A DNA stretch of 64,000 nucleotides, from assembly GCA_048622455.1 (NCBI GenBank), contig JBMCUO010000001.1, positions 2,437-66,436 on the forward strand. Direction: 5' to 3'. The notes beneath the pieces were generated by a model. That model was not told where the DNA came from. It searched no databases and saw only the letters and a list, made by a program, of their open reading frames with translations. The position numbers and the translations under genes were made by a program. Below, one piece after another: positions 45,970 to 56,879 of the stretch. Position 1 is the stretch's first letter, and each line of letters opens with the position of its first letter. This DNA is from Candidatus Saliniplasma sp. Lineage in GTDB: Archaea > Thermoplasmatota > Thermoplasmata > Halarchaeoplasmatales > Halarchaeoplasmataceae.

Positions 45970-46210
45970 AATCTGAGATCCTGGAAGACTAATATAGGGG
46001 GTATGTTGGGATACTAAAACAAAAATACGAGTTAGCTAATTTTAACCCCTTTTAGAAAATATGTTTTGTTAATCTGGCATTTACTCCTATGAAGAAGTCT
46101 ATAGAAATTAGATATCTAGTGGACTGATGTACGAAGGTCAAGGCAAAATTGTAAATAGCTTTTTCAAGATTTGGGGCTAAGATCTAGTTTAAAAGGTAGG
46201 AGGATTCTAG

Positions 46211-47341
46211 ATGAAAGATTTAATGAAAGGATTTTGTTTTAAGATGCCGATAGAACTTGAATTTGGAGTCGGAAAGATAGAAATTTTAGCTGAAAAACTT
46301 GAAGAGATGGATATAGAAAAACTGCTGATAGTGACAGATAGAGGCATCGAAAAGGCGGGTATCCTTGACAAGATAGAGGACAATCTGATTGATATCGATT
46401 ACAAGATCTATGAAGATGTTGAGCCCAATCCTAAAGATTTCCATGTGGTAAAGGGTGCCGAGATAGCAAAAGGATTTGGTCCCGATGGGATGATGGCTAT
46501 TGGGGGAGGAAGTCCTATCGACTGCTCTAAAGGTATAGGAGCGCTTCTAAGCGGAGTAGATGAAGATATCAGAAAATATTTTGGTAAAGGCACCGTGAAA
46601 AAAGAAATTCTGCCTTTTATCGCTGTACCAACAACAGCGGGGACCGGAAGTGAAGTAACATTCTCATCTGTGATAACGGACAAGAATAACAAGAAGAGCA
46701 TCAGGAGTCCTTTTCTTGCTCCCGATCTAAGCATACTAGATCCTGAACTGACCAAGAGTCTGCCAAAAAGCCTCACTGCTTACTCAGGGATGGACGCACT
46801 CACCCACGCCGTCGAAGCTTACACCGCAAAAACAGCTACAGCTCTAACCAATAGCTTCGCATTAGGTTCTATAGAACTAGTATCGAGGAACATCGAGAAG
46901 GTATTTCGAAAACCAAATGATATGGACTCCAGGTCAGCTATGCTATTGGGTAGTACTATGGCAGGGATCGCTTTCAATCATTCCGATGTAGCTTCAGTAC
47001 ACTGTATGGCAGAATCCTTGGGAGGGAAATATGACGCTCCTCATGGACTGTGCAATTCGATCATCCTTCCCTACGTTATGGAATATAATATGGAATATTG
47101 TCCAGAGAAATATAATAGAGTGGCAAAGGTCATGGGATATGACACCATGGAGGCTGGGGCAGTAAAAGCTGTTAAGGAACTTAATGAAAAGCTAAAGATA
47201 CCTTCTATAGATGAAATAGGTTTAAAAGAAAAAGATATAGAAGAACTGGCGGAGATGTCCGTGAACAATCTTTCTAACGAAAGTAATCCTAGAGAGATGG
47301 AAAAAGAGGATTACGTCAGATTGTTTAATAAAATGCGGTGA
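46211..47341 (+). CDS. Iron-containing (group III) alcohol dehydrogenase
   Basis: GGGSPIDCSKG, AVPTTAGTGSEV and HxxxH metal-site segments (HAVEAY, HGLCNSI); SD aggaggat upstream. Confidence 0.8.
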   Translation: MKDLMKGFCFKMPIELEFGVGKIEILAEKLEEMDIEKLLIVTDRGIEKAGILDKIEDNLIDIDYKIYEDVEPNPKDFHVVKGAEIAKGFGPDGMMAIGGGSPIDCSKGIGALLSGVDEDIRKYFGKGTVKKEILPFIAVPTTAGTGSEVTFSSVITDKNNKKSIRSPFLAPDLSILDPELTKSLPKSLTAYSGMDALTHAVEAYTAKTATALTNSFALGSIELVSRNIEKVFRKPNDMDSRSAMLLGSTMAGIAFNHSDVASVHCMAESLGGKYDAPHGLCNSIILPYVMEYNMEYCPEKYNRVAKVMGYDTMEAGAVKAVKELNEKLKIPSIDEIGLKEKDIEELAEMSVNNLSNESNPREMEKEDYVRLFNKMR

Positions 47342-47448
47342 ACTAGATCTTATTTCTAAGGAAATCTAGTCGAATTCATAATGAATTTAAATAATGTAAA
47401 CTAAAAGCACTAACAAATCTTAAATAACTTTAGAGCTTAATCAGATAT

Positions 47449-48162
47449 ATGGGACAAACTGTTAACCTTGAATTATTCAGGGAAACAGCAGAATTCCGTA
47501 GGAAATACGGTTATAGAGCTAGTTTGAATGACTTAACTGAAGGTTCAATCGAAATTTTGAAATCTTTTGAGAAAAAATTAACAAGAGGTTATAAGTACAT
47601 CCTCAGGTCAGATGAGATCCGGAAGGAAAAGAAGAATTTAGGGATAAAGAAAGATGCTAGGGACAAATGGAGATGTGCTGCCTGTACCTCCACACTCGCA
47701 GCTTCCACCATGCCGTACTTCCCAAAAAAACTGGGAAAATTGTTGAGGTCCAATAAGGGAGGATTTTACGACTACGTTCATGACGAACTCGCAGATTTCA
47801 TGGAAGAGCACTGGGATATGAAAGGTGGGACAGGTACATCTCGAAGGGATAGAGTTATTAGTATCAACAAAGGGGATGTTAGAGGGGGAGACAAAAGCGA
47901 AGGGTACCTTATATTCCCGTGGGACAAAGTTCCACATTACTTCAATGAAGACCTTATCAGAGACGTGGGTAGCGAAGATTTTCTTGGAGGTCAGATTGAA
48001 CTGACAGCCCTTGAAAGGATGTGTAAGAACAGGCGGCACGTCATAGAATATTACCCCGGTTACAAGACCTTCCAATTCTACAAAAAATATGCTCTCAGTG
48101 GAAAGATCAAACGATTCACACCTGATGAGATCGTATTCAGAGAATGGGAATTCCACCTGTGA
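47449..48162 (+). CDS. Hypothetical protein, no recognisable motif
   Basis: 237-aa ORF in an AT-rich island-like stretch. Confidence 0.3.
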   Translation: MGQTVNLELFRETAEFRRKYGYRASLNDLTEGSIEILKSFEKKLTRGYKYILRSDEIRKEKKNLGIKKDARDKWRCAACTSTLAASTMPYFPKKLGKLLRSNKGGFYDYVHDELADFMEEHWDMKGGTGTSRRDRVISINKGDVRGGDKSEGYLIFPWDKVPHYFNEDLIRDVGSEDFLGGQIELTALERMCKNRRHVIEYYPGYKTFQFYKKYALSGKIKRFTPDEIVFREWEFHL

Positions 48163-48263
48163 TCATGTTAAGTAACTCGTTCCACTAATTAGTTACTATA
48201 TACAATAATTTTTATACCGTTTTAGAGTAATTACAAATAGTCGTAACAATCTGGTGAGAACTG

Positions 48264-49004
48264 ATGTCTGAAAAGGATTGGTTCAAGGACCAGTGGTTCT
48301 GGGAGGATTATAGGTCTATCCTATTTCCGAAAGAAAGGTTGCAGAGGACCGAAGAACAGGTGGACAGGATCGAAGATCTGTTAAATCTAGATAAAGATGA
48401 CAAGATACTGGACTTGGCCTGCGGTATCGGAAGGCACGCTTTCGAGCTGGCTGAGAGAGGTTACGAGGTCACTGGTTTGGATCTTTCAGAAACCTATATG
48501 AAGGAGGCTTCTAGTAAAGTGAAGAATGATGATCTAGAATTTGTTCAAGGAGATATGAGAGAGTTCGTAAAGGAGGGATATTACGACGTTATAATCAATT
48601 TCTGGTCCTCGTTCGGATATTTCGAAGATGAAATGGATAACGAAAAGGTCGTTAACAACGTTTATGATTCCTTGAAAAGCGATGGTAGATTCCTTTTAGA
48701 TGTCATGGGGAAAGAGATCATGGGCAGACTCTACACGGAGAGGGATTGGGCTAGAATCGATGATGGCTTTTTCCTGGAAGAAAGGTTTCTAAAGGATAAC
48801 GGCGATTACCTGGAAAGTGACTGGATCCTTATCAAAAACGGGAAAGTTAAAGAACATAAATTTCTATATAGATTTTACTCGAAGTCTGAGATAAAAGATC
48901 TACTAAAAAAAGCGGGTTTCTCAAATGTTGATATCTACGGGGACCTCTACGGTTCCGAGTACAACAGGAACGCTGATAGACTGGTAGCTATAGCTTGGAA
49001 GTAA
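48264..49004 (+). CDS. Class I SAM-dependent methyltransferase
   Basis: ILDLACGIGRHAFELAERGYEVTGLDLS motif I and acidic motif II. Confidence 0.7.
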   Translation: MSEKDWFKDQWFWEDYRSILFPKERLQRTEEQVDRIEDLLNLDKDDKILDLACGIGRHAFELAERGYEVTGLDLSETYMKEASSKVKNDDLEFVQGDMREFVKEGYYDVIINFWSSFGYFEDEMDNEKVVNNVYDSLKSDGRFLLDVMGKEIMGRLYTERDWARIDDGFFLEERFLKDNGDYLESDWILIKNGKVKEHKFLYRFYSKSEIKDLLKKAGFSNVDIYGDLYGSEYNRNADRLVAIAWK

Positions 49005-49089
49005 TAACTTATGAGAACCTTCGTCCATCTTTTATCTTTTTAACCAAAAGAAATATATCAAAATATATAATTCATAACTTGAACGTTAG

Positions 49090-51918
49090 ATGGCGGATGA
49101 AAAAGAGTACTACAGGATGACAGTCGACGAATGTTTAGATGAATTAGATACTTCTACTGAGGGACTCACCAGAGAGGAAGCTGAGAAACGGTTAAAGAAA
49201 TACGGTAAGAACGAACTCACCGGGAAGGTCCAAACACCCAAACTTCTACTCTTCTTAGCACAGTTCAAAGAACTGCTTGTCATGGTTTTGATAATAGCTG
49301 GGATCGTCTCACTTTTCCTAGGGATTTACCAGAACGATCCAGGCAGCTTGAAAAGTGCAGCCGCAATGTTCATCATAGTTTTCATCAACGCAGTTATAGG
49401 TTTTTTTCAGAAGTATAAAGCTCAACAGATCATCGAGAAGTTAAAATCCCTCATCAAATCTCCAGCTCAGGTCAAGCAGGCAGGGGATTGGAAGGAGATA
49501 GATCAAGAAGAATTGGTTTCTGGAGATATCATCAAGATCGAAGAGGGTGACAAGATCCCTGCGGACATCAGAGTCATACGGTCTTTCAATCTGAAGACCA
49601 ACGATTTCTCACTAACGGGCGAATCAATGCCCCAGGAGAAACACAGCAACGCTATAAAAGAGAAGGTCACCCTAGCAGATAGGGACAACATGGCATACGT
49701 GGGGACCACTGTAGCCACCGGGAACGCGATAGGAGTTGTCATCGCCACAGGTATGAAAACCGAGATGGGTAAGATCGCAGATATGACAGAAGAGACAGGA
49801 GAACTCAAATCCCCTCTACAGAAAGAGTTGGACCTTCTTGCCAAACATCTAACAGCGATAGTCGTTGTCATCAGCACTGCCTTATTCTTCGTCGCTTATT
49901 GGCAGGGACTGGGTTTGACCATCAGTTTGATATATGCTGTGGGTATAGCCGTATCCGCCGTTCCACAGGCTTTACCTGCTCAGGTTACGGTAGCACTTTC
50001 AACGGGCAGTAACAGGTTAGCTAACAGAAATGCGGTTGTAAAGAATCTATCGTCCGTTGAAACTTTAGGTTCCACTACAGTGATATGTACCGATAAGACA
50101 GGTACATTGACTAAGAACGAGATGACCGTCAAGAACGTTTGGTTCGAAGAGAAGGAATACAAACTAACTGGATTAGGTTACAAACCAGAAGGGAATATCT
50201 TAGATGAGAATGAGAACGAACTCAACCAGGAACAGATAAACGAATTAGAGATCCTCATGGACGCCGCCACCATGGCTTCTACTGCAGAGATACACCCCCC
50301 AGACGATCAACACGACAGCTGGTACCCTGTGGGGGACCCTACTGAAGCCGCCTTGATAACCATGTCGACAAAACTCGGCACTCGCTCGGAGAGTGAGGAT
50401 GAAGAGAACCCTGAGATTATCGAATTCCCCTTCGATTCAGAAAGAAAAAGGATGAGTTCTATCAGGGATATAGGTGAGGGATACGAAGACAAAAAAGTCG
50501 AGAAAGCCCTTGAAGGCAACACCAAAGGTATGAGAGTATTGGCCATGAAAGGTGCTACTGACAGCGTTCTATCGGTGAGTAAGTATATCTATCGTGATGG
50601 AGAGGTCCAAAAGATAACTGAAGAAGATAAAGAAAGGATCAGAAAGATCAACGAAAAATATTCAGAAAAGGCCATGAGGGTTCTAGCTATAGCGTACAGA
50701 CCCCTGGAAAAACAGAGTGAGGATTACGTTGAGGATGAGGTAGAAAAGGACGTGATCTTCCTGGGGCTTGTCAGCATGATAGACCCCCCTAAAGAAGGGG
50801 TAAAAGAAGCTATCCAGAAGTGTAGAGACGCTCATATCAGAACCTTCATAATGACAGGAGATCACGCTATCACCGCTAGAGCCGTCGGTGACGAGATAGG
50901 TTTGTCCGTTGAAGGGGAGCCAATGACTGTTATCACCGGTAAAGAATTGAAGAAGATGGATGACAAAGACATCACCCAGAAGATGAAAGAGTCGGAATCC
51001 ATGATATTCTCTAGAGTGGACCCCGAGGACAAACTAAGGATCGTTAAAATGTTAGAGCAGGACGACGAGATCGTTGCGGTCACCGGCGACGGTGTCAACG
51101 ACGCACCTGCTCTAAAAAGAGCTCATATAGGGGTTGCTATGGGACAGAAAGGTACCGATGTAGCAAAGGAAGCCTCTGAACTCGTACTGCTTGACGATAG
51201 TTTTCCCACATTAGTCCACGCAGTGAGAGAGGGGAGAACAATCTACAACAACCTTAAGAAAACCGTACTAGCTTCTATGACCACAAACGGTGCGGAACTC
51301 ACAACAGTCCTAGCAGGATTGGCTATGATCGGCCTTATCGGTTGGAGCGAGTGGGCTATCCCGATACTCGTTATCCAGATATTAGCTGTGGACCTTTTAG
51401 CTGAAGTCATGCCCCTGACTTTCCTATCATACGACCCTCCTTCAGCGGAGATGATGAAATCACCACCTAGAAGAAGGGAGGAACATATACTGGATCTTCC
51501 ACACTCGGTCGAAGTGATATTCCTTGGTCTTCTGATAGGGTCACTAGCTGCGGGAAACTTCTGGTTATTCTTCAGCAGGCAGGGTTTGTCTCTTACAGGT
51601 GCGAAACTACCGGAATACGCCGCAGCTACCACGGTTTCCTATCTAACCTTAGTCTACTGTCAGTTCGCGAATATAATGTCGAGAAGATACGAGTATGAAT
51701 CCATATTCAGTAAGAACTTCTTCTCCAACAAGATCATACTGTATTCGATAGTAATATCCATCGGATTGGTCTTCCTGGGAGTTTACGGTCCTTATATCAG
51801 CGGTTTCCTTGAATTTGCCGATATCGGTCTGATGGGATGGACACAGGTTCTAGGAGCTATGGGTGTGTATTTAGGGATCTTTGAAATCATCAAACTGGTA
51901 AAAAGAGTGAGGAAGTGA
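49090..51918 (+). CDS. P-type cation-transporting ATPase (type II, Ca2+/Mg2+-like)
   Basis: ICTDKTGTLT phosphorylation site, MTGDHAITA, VTGDGVNDAPALKRAHIGVAMG, 942 aa with 10 TM. Confidence 0.85.
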   Translation: MADEKEYYRMTVDECLDELDTSTEGLTREEAEKRLKKYGKNELTGKVQTPKLLLFLAQFKELLVMVLIIAGIVSLFLGIYQNDPGSLKSAAAMFIIVFINAVIGFFQKYKAQQIIEKLKSLIKSPAQVKQAGDWKEIDQEELVSGDIIKIEEGDKIPADIRVIRSFNLKTNDFSLTGESMPQEKHSNAIKEKVTLADRDNMAYVGTTVATGNAIGVVIATGMKTEMGKIADMTEETGELKSPLQKELDLLAKHLTAIVVVISTALFFVAYWQGLGLTISLIYAVGIAVSAVPQALPAQVTVALSTGSNRLANRNAVVKNLSSVETLGSTTVICTDKTGTLTKNEMTVKNVWFEEKEYKLTGLGYKPEGNILDENENELNQEQINELEILMDAATMASTAEIHPPDDQHDSWYPVGDPTEAALITMSTKLGTRSESEDEENPEIIEFPFDSERKRMSSIRDIGEGYEDKKVEKALEGNTKGMRVLAMKGATDSVLSVSKYIYRDGEVQKITEEDKERIRKINEKYSEKAMRVLAIAYRPLEKQSEDYVEDEVEKDVIFLGLVSMIDPPKEGVKEAIQKCRDAHIRTFIMTGDHAITARAVGDEIGLSVEGEPMTVITGKELKKMDDKDITQKMKESESMIFSRVDPEDKLRIVKMLEQDDEIVAVTGDGVNDAPALKRAHIGVAMGQKGTDVAKEASELVLLDDSFPTLVHAVREGRTIYNNLKKTVLASMTTNGAELTTVLAGLAMIGLIGWSEWAIPILVIQILAVDLLAEVMPLTFLSYDPPSAEMMKSPPRRREEHILDLPHSVEVIFLGLLIGSLAAGNFWLFFSRQGLSLTGAKLPEYAAATTVSYLTLVYCQFANIMSRRYEYESIFSKNFFSNKIILYSIVISIGLVFLGVYGPYISGFLEFADIGLMGWTQVLGAMGVYLGIFEIIKLVKRVRK

Positions 51919-51971
51919 ACTTTTAAAAAGGAAGATTAAAATAGAGCCTTGTTATATTAGACAGCATAAGG

Positions 51972-52403
51972 GTGGATATAATGAGGGTAAACATAGTTTT
52001 TGACAGTAAATACGGTAACGGTAAGAAGATAGCAGAATATTTGGATAATTCCTTCGAGAACAACAACGTCAAGGTTTTTTTTGTAAAAGATGCTGACCCA
52101 GATTATATCAGAACTGCTGACCTTTATATATTCAGCACACCTACGCACATGGGAAAAGCTACCAGAAAGATGAGAAAATTTGTAAAGAACTTACAGGTGG
52201 ACGGTGAGGCACAGAAATATGGACTTATCACGACGTACACCAAAGATAAAACAGATTCACTTGTAGAGCTTGAAAGAATGCTGAAAGGAAAAGGTTTAAA
52301 GAAAGCTACAGAAAACCTCAAATTGAAAATTCGGGGTAAGAAAGGACCCCTAGAAGATGGGTATCAAAAGAAATTAGATCAGTTCCTAGATAATTTAACT
52401 TAA
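51972..52403 (+). CDS. Flavodoxin-like fold protein
   Basis: MRVNIVFDSKYGNGKKIAEYL and FSTPTHMGKA segments. Confidence 0.45.
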   Translation: MDIMRVNIVFDSKYGNGKKIAEYLDNSFENNNVKVFFVKDADPDYIRTADLYIFSTPTHMGKATRKMRKFVKNLQVDGEAQKYGLITTYTKDKTDSLVELERMLKGKGLKKATENLKLKIRGKKGPLEDGYQKKLDQFLDNLT

Positions 52404-53656
52404 AGTGTCATGTAGATACAATCTACATCCTCTTTTTTGAACATACCTCTAACATCGACAATTACCGGATCATCGCTCATGGATCTGACTAGTTCATCAA
52501 CTCCTATTTTATAGAATTCATCGTGGGCGACGGTTATCACTGCGCAGTCAAAATCCTGAACATCATCAACTGCCTTCACATCGAAGGTCTCTATCTCCTC
52601 ATCACTCAGGTACGGATCGTATCCGTAAACGTCCACATCGTATTCTTTCAATAATTTCACGATATCTTTAGCAGGAGACTTTCTCACGTCCTCTACATTC
52701 TCTTTGTAGGTCAAACCCATTATTACGACCTTTGAGTCCTTGATGACCTTACCTGCTCGATTGAGACCCTTCACGGTCATCTCACCGACGTGTTTCGGCA
52801 TCCCGTCGTTGATAGCCCTACCTGCAAGTATGACCTGAGGATGATAGTCCAACCGCTTGGCTTTGTAAACAAGGTAATAGGGATCTACAGGGATGCAGTG
52901 CCCTCCTACCAATCCAGGATGGTACCTGTGGAAATTCCATTTGGTAGCTGCGGCTTCCAGTACCTCATCGGTATCCAACTTCATCTTGTTGAAAATTATC
53001 GACAATTCATTCATCAAAGCGATATTCAGATCCCTCTGAATGTTCTCGATAACTTTGGCGGCTTCTGCGGTCTTTATATCTTTTGTTAGATGAACTGTGG
53101 TTATCAATCCATAGAGCTTAGCAAGAACTTCACCTACTTCCTCGTTCATACCGCCGACCACTTTAGTGATCTTATCGATGGTGTGCTCTTTATCACCAGG
53201 GTTCACCCTTTCTGGTGAGTATCCCACGTAGAAATCCTCCCCACACTTCATTCCAGAAGTTCTCTCAAGTACTGGGACACATTCTTCTTCCGTAACACCT
53301 GGATATACCGTGCTCTCATAGGATACCACGGCTCCCTTCTTCATGTTCATACCTACGGTCTCCGATGCACTCTTTACAAAAGACAATTCAGGTTCTTTTG
53401 ATTCGTTAACTGGAGTTGGGACACAGATAATCACAAAGTCAGCCTTACCTATACTCTTTTCATCCGAAGAAAACTCTAAAAGGTCTTTTCTCGAATCCCT
53501 GTTAAAACGCTCAACCTTATCCTCATCGATATCATAACCGATGACCGTAACATGGTCGGATAGGTACTCGGCCAGTGGTCTTCCAACGTACCCCATCCCA
53601 ACAACGCAAACTACCGCATCTCTATCATCCAATTTCCTCTTAAGCTTGTCAAGCAT
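52400..53656 (-). CDS. Nucleotide-sugar dehydrogenase (UDP-N-acetyl-D-mannosamine / UDP-GlcNAc 6-dehydrogenase family)
   Basis: VVGMGYVGRPLA Rossmann motif; GGHCIPVDPYYL catalytic Cys segment of the WecC/WbpA type. Confidence 0.8.
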   Translation of the reverse strand: MLDKLKRKLDDRDAVVCVVGMGYVGRPLAEYLSDHVTVIGYDIDEDKVERFNRDSRKDLLEFSSDEKSIGKADFVIICVPTPVNESKEPELSFVKSASETVGMNMKKGAVVSYESTVYPGVTEEECVPVLERTSGMKCGEDFYVGYSPERVNPGDKEHTIDKITKVVGGMNEEVGEVLAKLYGLITTVHLTKDIKTAEAAKVIENIQRDLNIALMNELSIIFNKMKLDTDEVLEAAATKWNFHRYHPGLVGGHCIPVDPYYLVYKAKRLDYHPQVILAGRAINDGMPKHVGEMTVKGLNRAGKVIKDSKVVIMGLTYKENVEDVRKSPAKDIVKLLKEYDVDVYGYDPYLSDEEIETFDVKAVDDVQDFDCAVITVAHDEFYKIGVDELVRSMSDDPVIVDVRGMFKKEDVDCIYMTL

Positions 53657-53775
53657 GATCTATCACCTTTCTGAAACAAGCAGTGTAATCTACGGTTGTT
53701 AAATAAATCTTACCATACCTGTAAACAAGACCCGTCAGCGGTAAATCAATATATGTTGACTCTTCTTAAGGCAGT

Positions 53776-54267
53776 ATGTTCGAGTTCAAGAAAGGACTCG
53801 TTGCGGTATTACTTCTGATCCTGGTGATACTGTTCATATGGTACGGTTCTGCAAGTCCAGAGCCTGAGAAAGGACACTATCCTGGTTCTGAACACATCAT
53901 AAAAGACCACGAGACTTACGTAGGTGAGCTGGTGGAGGTGGGCGGTAAAGTCGTCGATACGGACCCTCTCACCATCGAAGTCGAGTACGGTGATGAATCT
54001 CTACTGTTAGAAGTTACCGACACTGACGAGACCGCTGAATTAGGCGATCGGGTGAGTGTTTTTGGAACTTTAGAAGATGATAACACCGTAAGGGCTGAAA
54101 AAATCATAGTCAGACCACGAAGGAATTGGTACTACATGTACGGAGTTTCCGGGATCGCTGCTGTCTGGCTTCTGATTCGCATTATATCGTATTGGGAATA
54201 CACTGCGAAAGGTTTTAAACCAAGAGAGGAACCGATGAACATATTGAGGAGGGATGATCACGGCTGA
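53776..54267 (+). CDS. Membrane protein with two terminal TM helices flanking an OB-fold-like domain
   Basis: Hydrophobic N- and C-terminal helices; central beta-rich acidic segment. Confidence 0.3.
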   Translation: MFEFKKGLVAVLLLILVILFIWYGSASPEPEKGHYPGSEHIIKDHETYVGELVEVGGKVVDTDPLTIEVEYGDESLLLEVTDTDETAELGDRVSVFGTLEDDNTVRAEKIIVRPRRNWYYMYGVSGIAAVWLLIRIISYWEYTAKGFKPREEPMNILRRDDHG

Positions 54268-54766
54268 CCTTCTAACTCACGTTCTCGTAGCATTCAGTGT
54301 TGGTGTTATACTTTCATGGAGATTCAAGTGGATCAGCAGAAACTACATCACGATTATCATGCTGGGAGCGGTACTACCTGACCTGACACGCATAGGATTG
54401 ATAATAGAACCTGCTTATATTGAGAACACATTTGGTGTCCCTTTTTCATGGTCTCCACTGCACACCGTCGCAGGGGTCTTCATAATAATACTGCTTCTGA
54501 CTTTAGTGGTTCACGAACGGTACTCAAAACCCGTATTTATACTACTAGTCCTCGGCGCCTTCACACACCTATTCATGGATTCGTTTCTTTTGACCACAAC
54601 AGGCACTTCGTACACTGTTTTCTTCCCGATAACATTCTACAATCCTCCGACACCGGGATTCTACCTCAGCACTGACATGTGGCCATCTATGGTTTCAGCA
54701 CTTGCCGCATCTGCGATATGGAGTATCGATAATACCTCCATAATCAAGGAAAAATTATTTAAATAA
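54254..54766 (+). CDS. Membrane-bound metal-dependent hydrolase-like protein (DUF457/YdjM-like)
   Basis: MITADLLTHVLVAFSVG N-terminus and H-rich TM segments. Confidence 0.35.
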   Translation: MITADLLTHVLVAFSVGVILSWRFKWISRNYITIIMLGAVLPDLTRIGLIIEPAYIENTFGVPFSWSPLHTVAGVFIIILLLTLVVHERYSKPVFILLVLGAFTHLFMDSFLLTTTGTSYTVFFPITFYNPPTPGFYLSTDMWPSMVSALAASAIWSIDNTSIIKEKLFK

Positions 54767-54813
54767 GATGGCCTAACAGCCAGCCCCGATAATCCCTTTC
54801 AAAGGAGAAAAAG

Positions 54814-56226
54814 ATGCCTGAATCAGGAAATAAGTTGAGCACCATCCTCGTTATCTTCCTCATAGGTGCAATTATCACTCGATTACCGTTTCCAGAACAG
54901 TTCAGTACCGATGCTAAGATGATGATCGCTATAGCCTTCGTTGCCGCTGCCCTTTGGGTCACGGAGGCCCTCCCTATACCCGTAACGGCCATGCTTGTCA
55001 TCCTTCTACAGGGTCTATTCGGGATACAGCCCTTTTCCGTCGCTTTATCTTTCATCGCTCACAAAGTTAACGTTCTGCTGGTAGCGGGTTTTATAATCGC
55101 AGCCGGTTTAAAAAAGTACGATCTCGACAAAAGGATAGGACTCAAGTTCGTATCATTAGTGGGTGAGAGGACCGATCGTTTGATCCTAGGCATCATGGCA
55201 GGAACAGCTTTTCTTTCCATGTGGATTTCCAACACTGCAGCAACAGCCATAATGATACCGATCGGTATAGGGATACTGAAAAAGGCTAAGGATTACCCAA
55301 AGGGAACCAACATGGGTAAGGCCATGATTCTAGGTATAGCATTCGCTGCAAATATCGGCGGTATGGGTACTCCAGTGGGAACCCCTCCTGTACCGATAAC
55401 CATAGCGTTCCTTGAAGATTTAGCTGGGATCAGTATATCATTCTTCGATTGGGTTATCAGAGCGGTGCCCTTACTGATCCTCCTTATCCCGTTATCATGG
55501 AAATTGGTCACAACCATCTACAAACCTGAGATAGACAGGATCGAAGGAGGGATAGAGATGGTAAAAGAGGAGTTAAAAGAACTAGGTTCTTTAACACACC
55601 GTCAAAAACATTTTCTAGCCCTATTCGCTATCGCATTAGGACTCTGGTTACTGAGTGCCTTCGATGTATGGCTGCCTTTACCCGAGGATTGGCTATACAT
55701 AGCTTCAGTTTTGATCTGTTTTATTTTCGTGTTTCCCAGAGTAGGAGTACTGAACTGGAAAGAAGCCACTGATGAGATAGGATGGGGGATATTGATACTG
55801 GTCGGAGGAGGATTAGCACTGGGTTCAGGACTTCAGGTCACAGGAGTCATCGATATCATCGCCAATAATATGGAATATCTCGTAGCAGATGCTGGACTTA
55901 TCTTCGTGATAGCTGCAGTTGGTTTTATCACAGCTTACAGTATAACACTATTTTCAAGCTTGACAGCAACTTCCAGTACCTTCGTACCAGTGGCTATAGC
56001 TATGGCATTAAAACTTGATATGAGTCCCACCCTTCTAGCTCTAGTGGCGGGCGTTGCAGCTTGTTTCGCCTTCCTTTTACCGGCTAATACTCCTCCGAAC
56101 GCCATCGCTTACAGCAGTGGTTACTTTGAAACAATGGAGATGACAAAAGCAGGGATTATATTGACCGCACTTTGTATATCAGCACTTGTAATAGTTGCAT
56201 ACGTATTTTGGGCACCATTCTCCTAA
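54814..56226 (+). CDS. Anion permease of the ArsB/NhaD-DASS (SLC13-like) superfamily
   Basis: 470 aa, approx 12-14 TM, internal duplicated hairpin-loop motifs (SNTAATAIMIPI / ANTPPNAIAYSSG). Confidence 0.65.
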   Translation: MPESGNKLSTILVIFLIGAIITRLPFPEQFSTDAKMMIAIAFVAAALWVTEALPIPVTAMLVILLQGLFGIQPFSVALSFIAHKVNVLLVAGFIIAAGLKKYDLDKRIGLKFVSLVGERTDRLILGIMAGTAFLSMWISNTAATAIMIPIGIGILKKAKDYPKGTNMGKAMILGIAFAANIGGMGTPVGTPPVPITIAFLEDLAGISISFFDWVIRAVPLLILLIPLSWKLVTTIYKPEIDRIEGGIEMVKEELKELGSLTHRQKHFLALFAIALGLWLLSAFDVWLPLPEDWLYIASVLICFIFVFPRVGVLNWKEATDEIGWGILILVGGGLALGSGLQVTGVIDIIANNMEYLVADAGLIFVIAAVGFITAYSITLFSSLTATSSTFVPVAIAMALKLDMSPTLLALVAGVAACFAFLLPANTPPNAIAYSSGYFETMEMTKAGIILTALCISALVIVAYVFWAPFS

Positions 56227-56228
56227 GA

Positions 56229-56807
56229 TCAATCCTCAAATCTCTTTTGAACCTTATTTCGAAGTTCCTCAGTAGAGATGTTGATACTCAATGCGTACCG
56301 GTTTTTATTTTTGCACTCTAAATTCACTGAAAAGTCTTCAGTATCGAAATAGTACGGATTGAATTTAAGCATTATATGGTTGTAAATAGACCGCTCCATC
56401 TTTCTTAAAGACTTCAAAGATTCCGCTGCTACCAACCGTTCGATATCCTTAACCGCCTGACCCACATCTTCAGTGGGACTTCTACCGTTGACGATATCGT
56501 GGACTGAATCCGCAAGTTTGTGTTCCGCATCATTCAATTCTTCCTTGAATCCTTTGAATCCTTCCTCCACCTTCTTATGTTTGATACAGGCTCCGGCTGC
56601 GGTCTTTTTTTTGATATCTTTTTCCTCCTCGCCATCCTGGGGCATCCATTTCTCGTATACATCTACAGTCTCTCTGTGAGTTGCGTTATCTTCTAAGAAT
56701 TTTGCGAGGACATGGGAGAACAGCACGACCTCGTGCCAATCTCCCTGAAATCTGACACCGGAATTTGTCTGTTCGATCTGCTTCATTATGAGTTCATAAT
56801 AATCCAA
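56229..56807 (-). CDS. Hypothetical cytosolic protein
   Basis: 192-aa ORF, no motif recognised. Confidence 0.3.
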   Translation of the reverse strand: MDYYELIMKQIEQTNSGVRFQGDWHEVVLFSHVLAKFLEDNATHRETVDVYEKWMPQDGEEEKDIKKKTAAGACIKHKKVEEGFKGFKEELNDAEHKLADSVHDIVNGRSPTEDVGQAVKDIERLVAAESLKSLRKMERSIYNHIMLKFNPYYFDTEDFSVNLECKNKNRYALSINISTEELRNKVQKRFED

Positions 56808-56879
56808 GTTTATATAATGGTTTTGAACACATATCCCCTTCCAAAAATTTTATCTAAGGAGTTATTCTGTGGCACCGAG

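Noticed and set aside
45970-46210. 240-bp intergenic region upstream of the Fe-ADH gene as a possible ncRNA
   Set aside because: No convincing conserved stem-loop structure or known RNA motif recognisable by eye; probably a promoter/5' UTR region.
47638-48156. 172-aa minus-strand ORF overlapping the orphan 47449..48162 gene
   Set aside because: F/P/S-rich composition and full overlap with the opposite strand; the plus ORF is longer and more protein-like. Neither has homology support, so the strand call remains low confidence.
56712-56879. N-terminal 56 codons of the 56712..57365 ORF as given in the ORF track
   Set aside because: This part overlaps the opposite-strand gene 56229..56807 by about 95 nt, so the start was moved to an in-frame ATG at 56880 (alternative 56937). 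The start remains uncertain.
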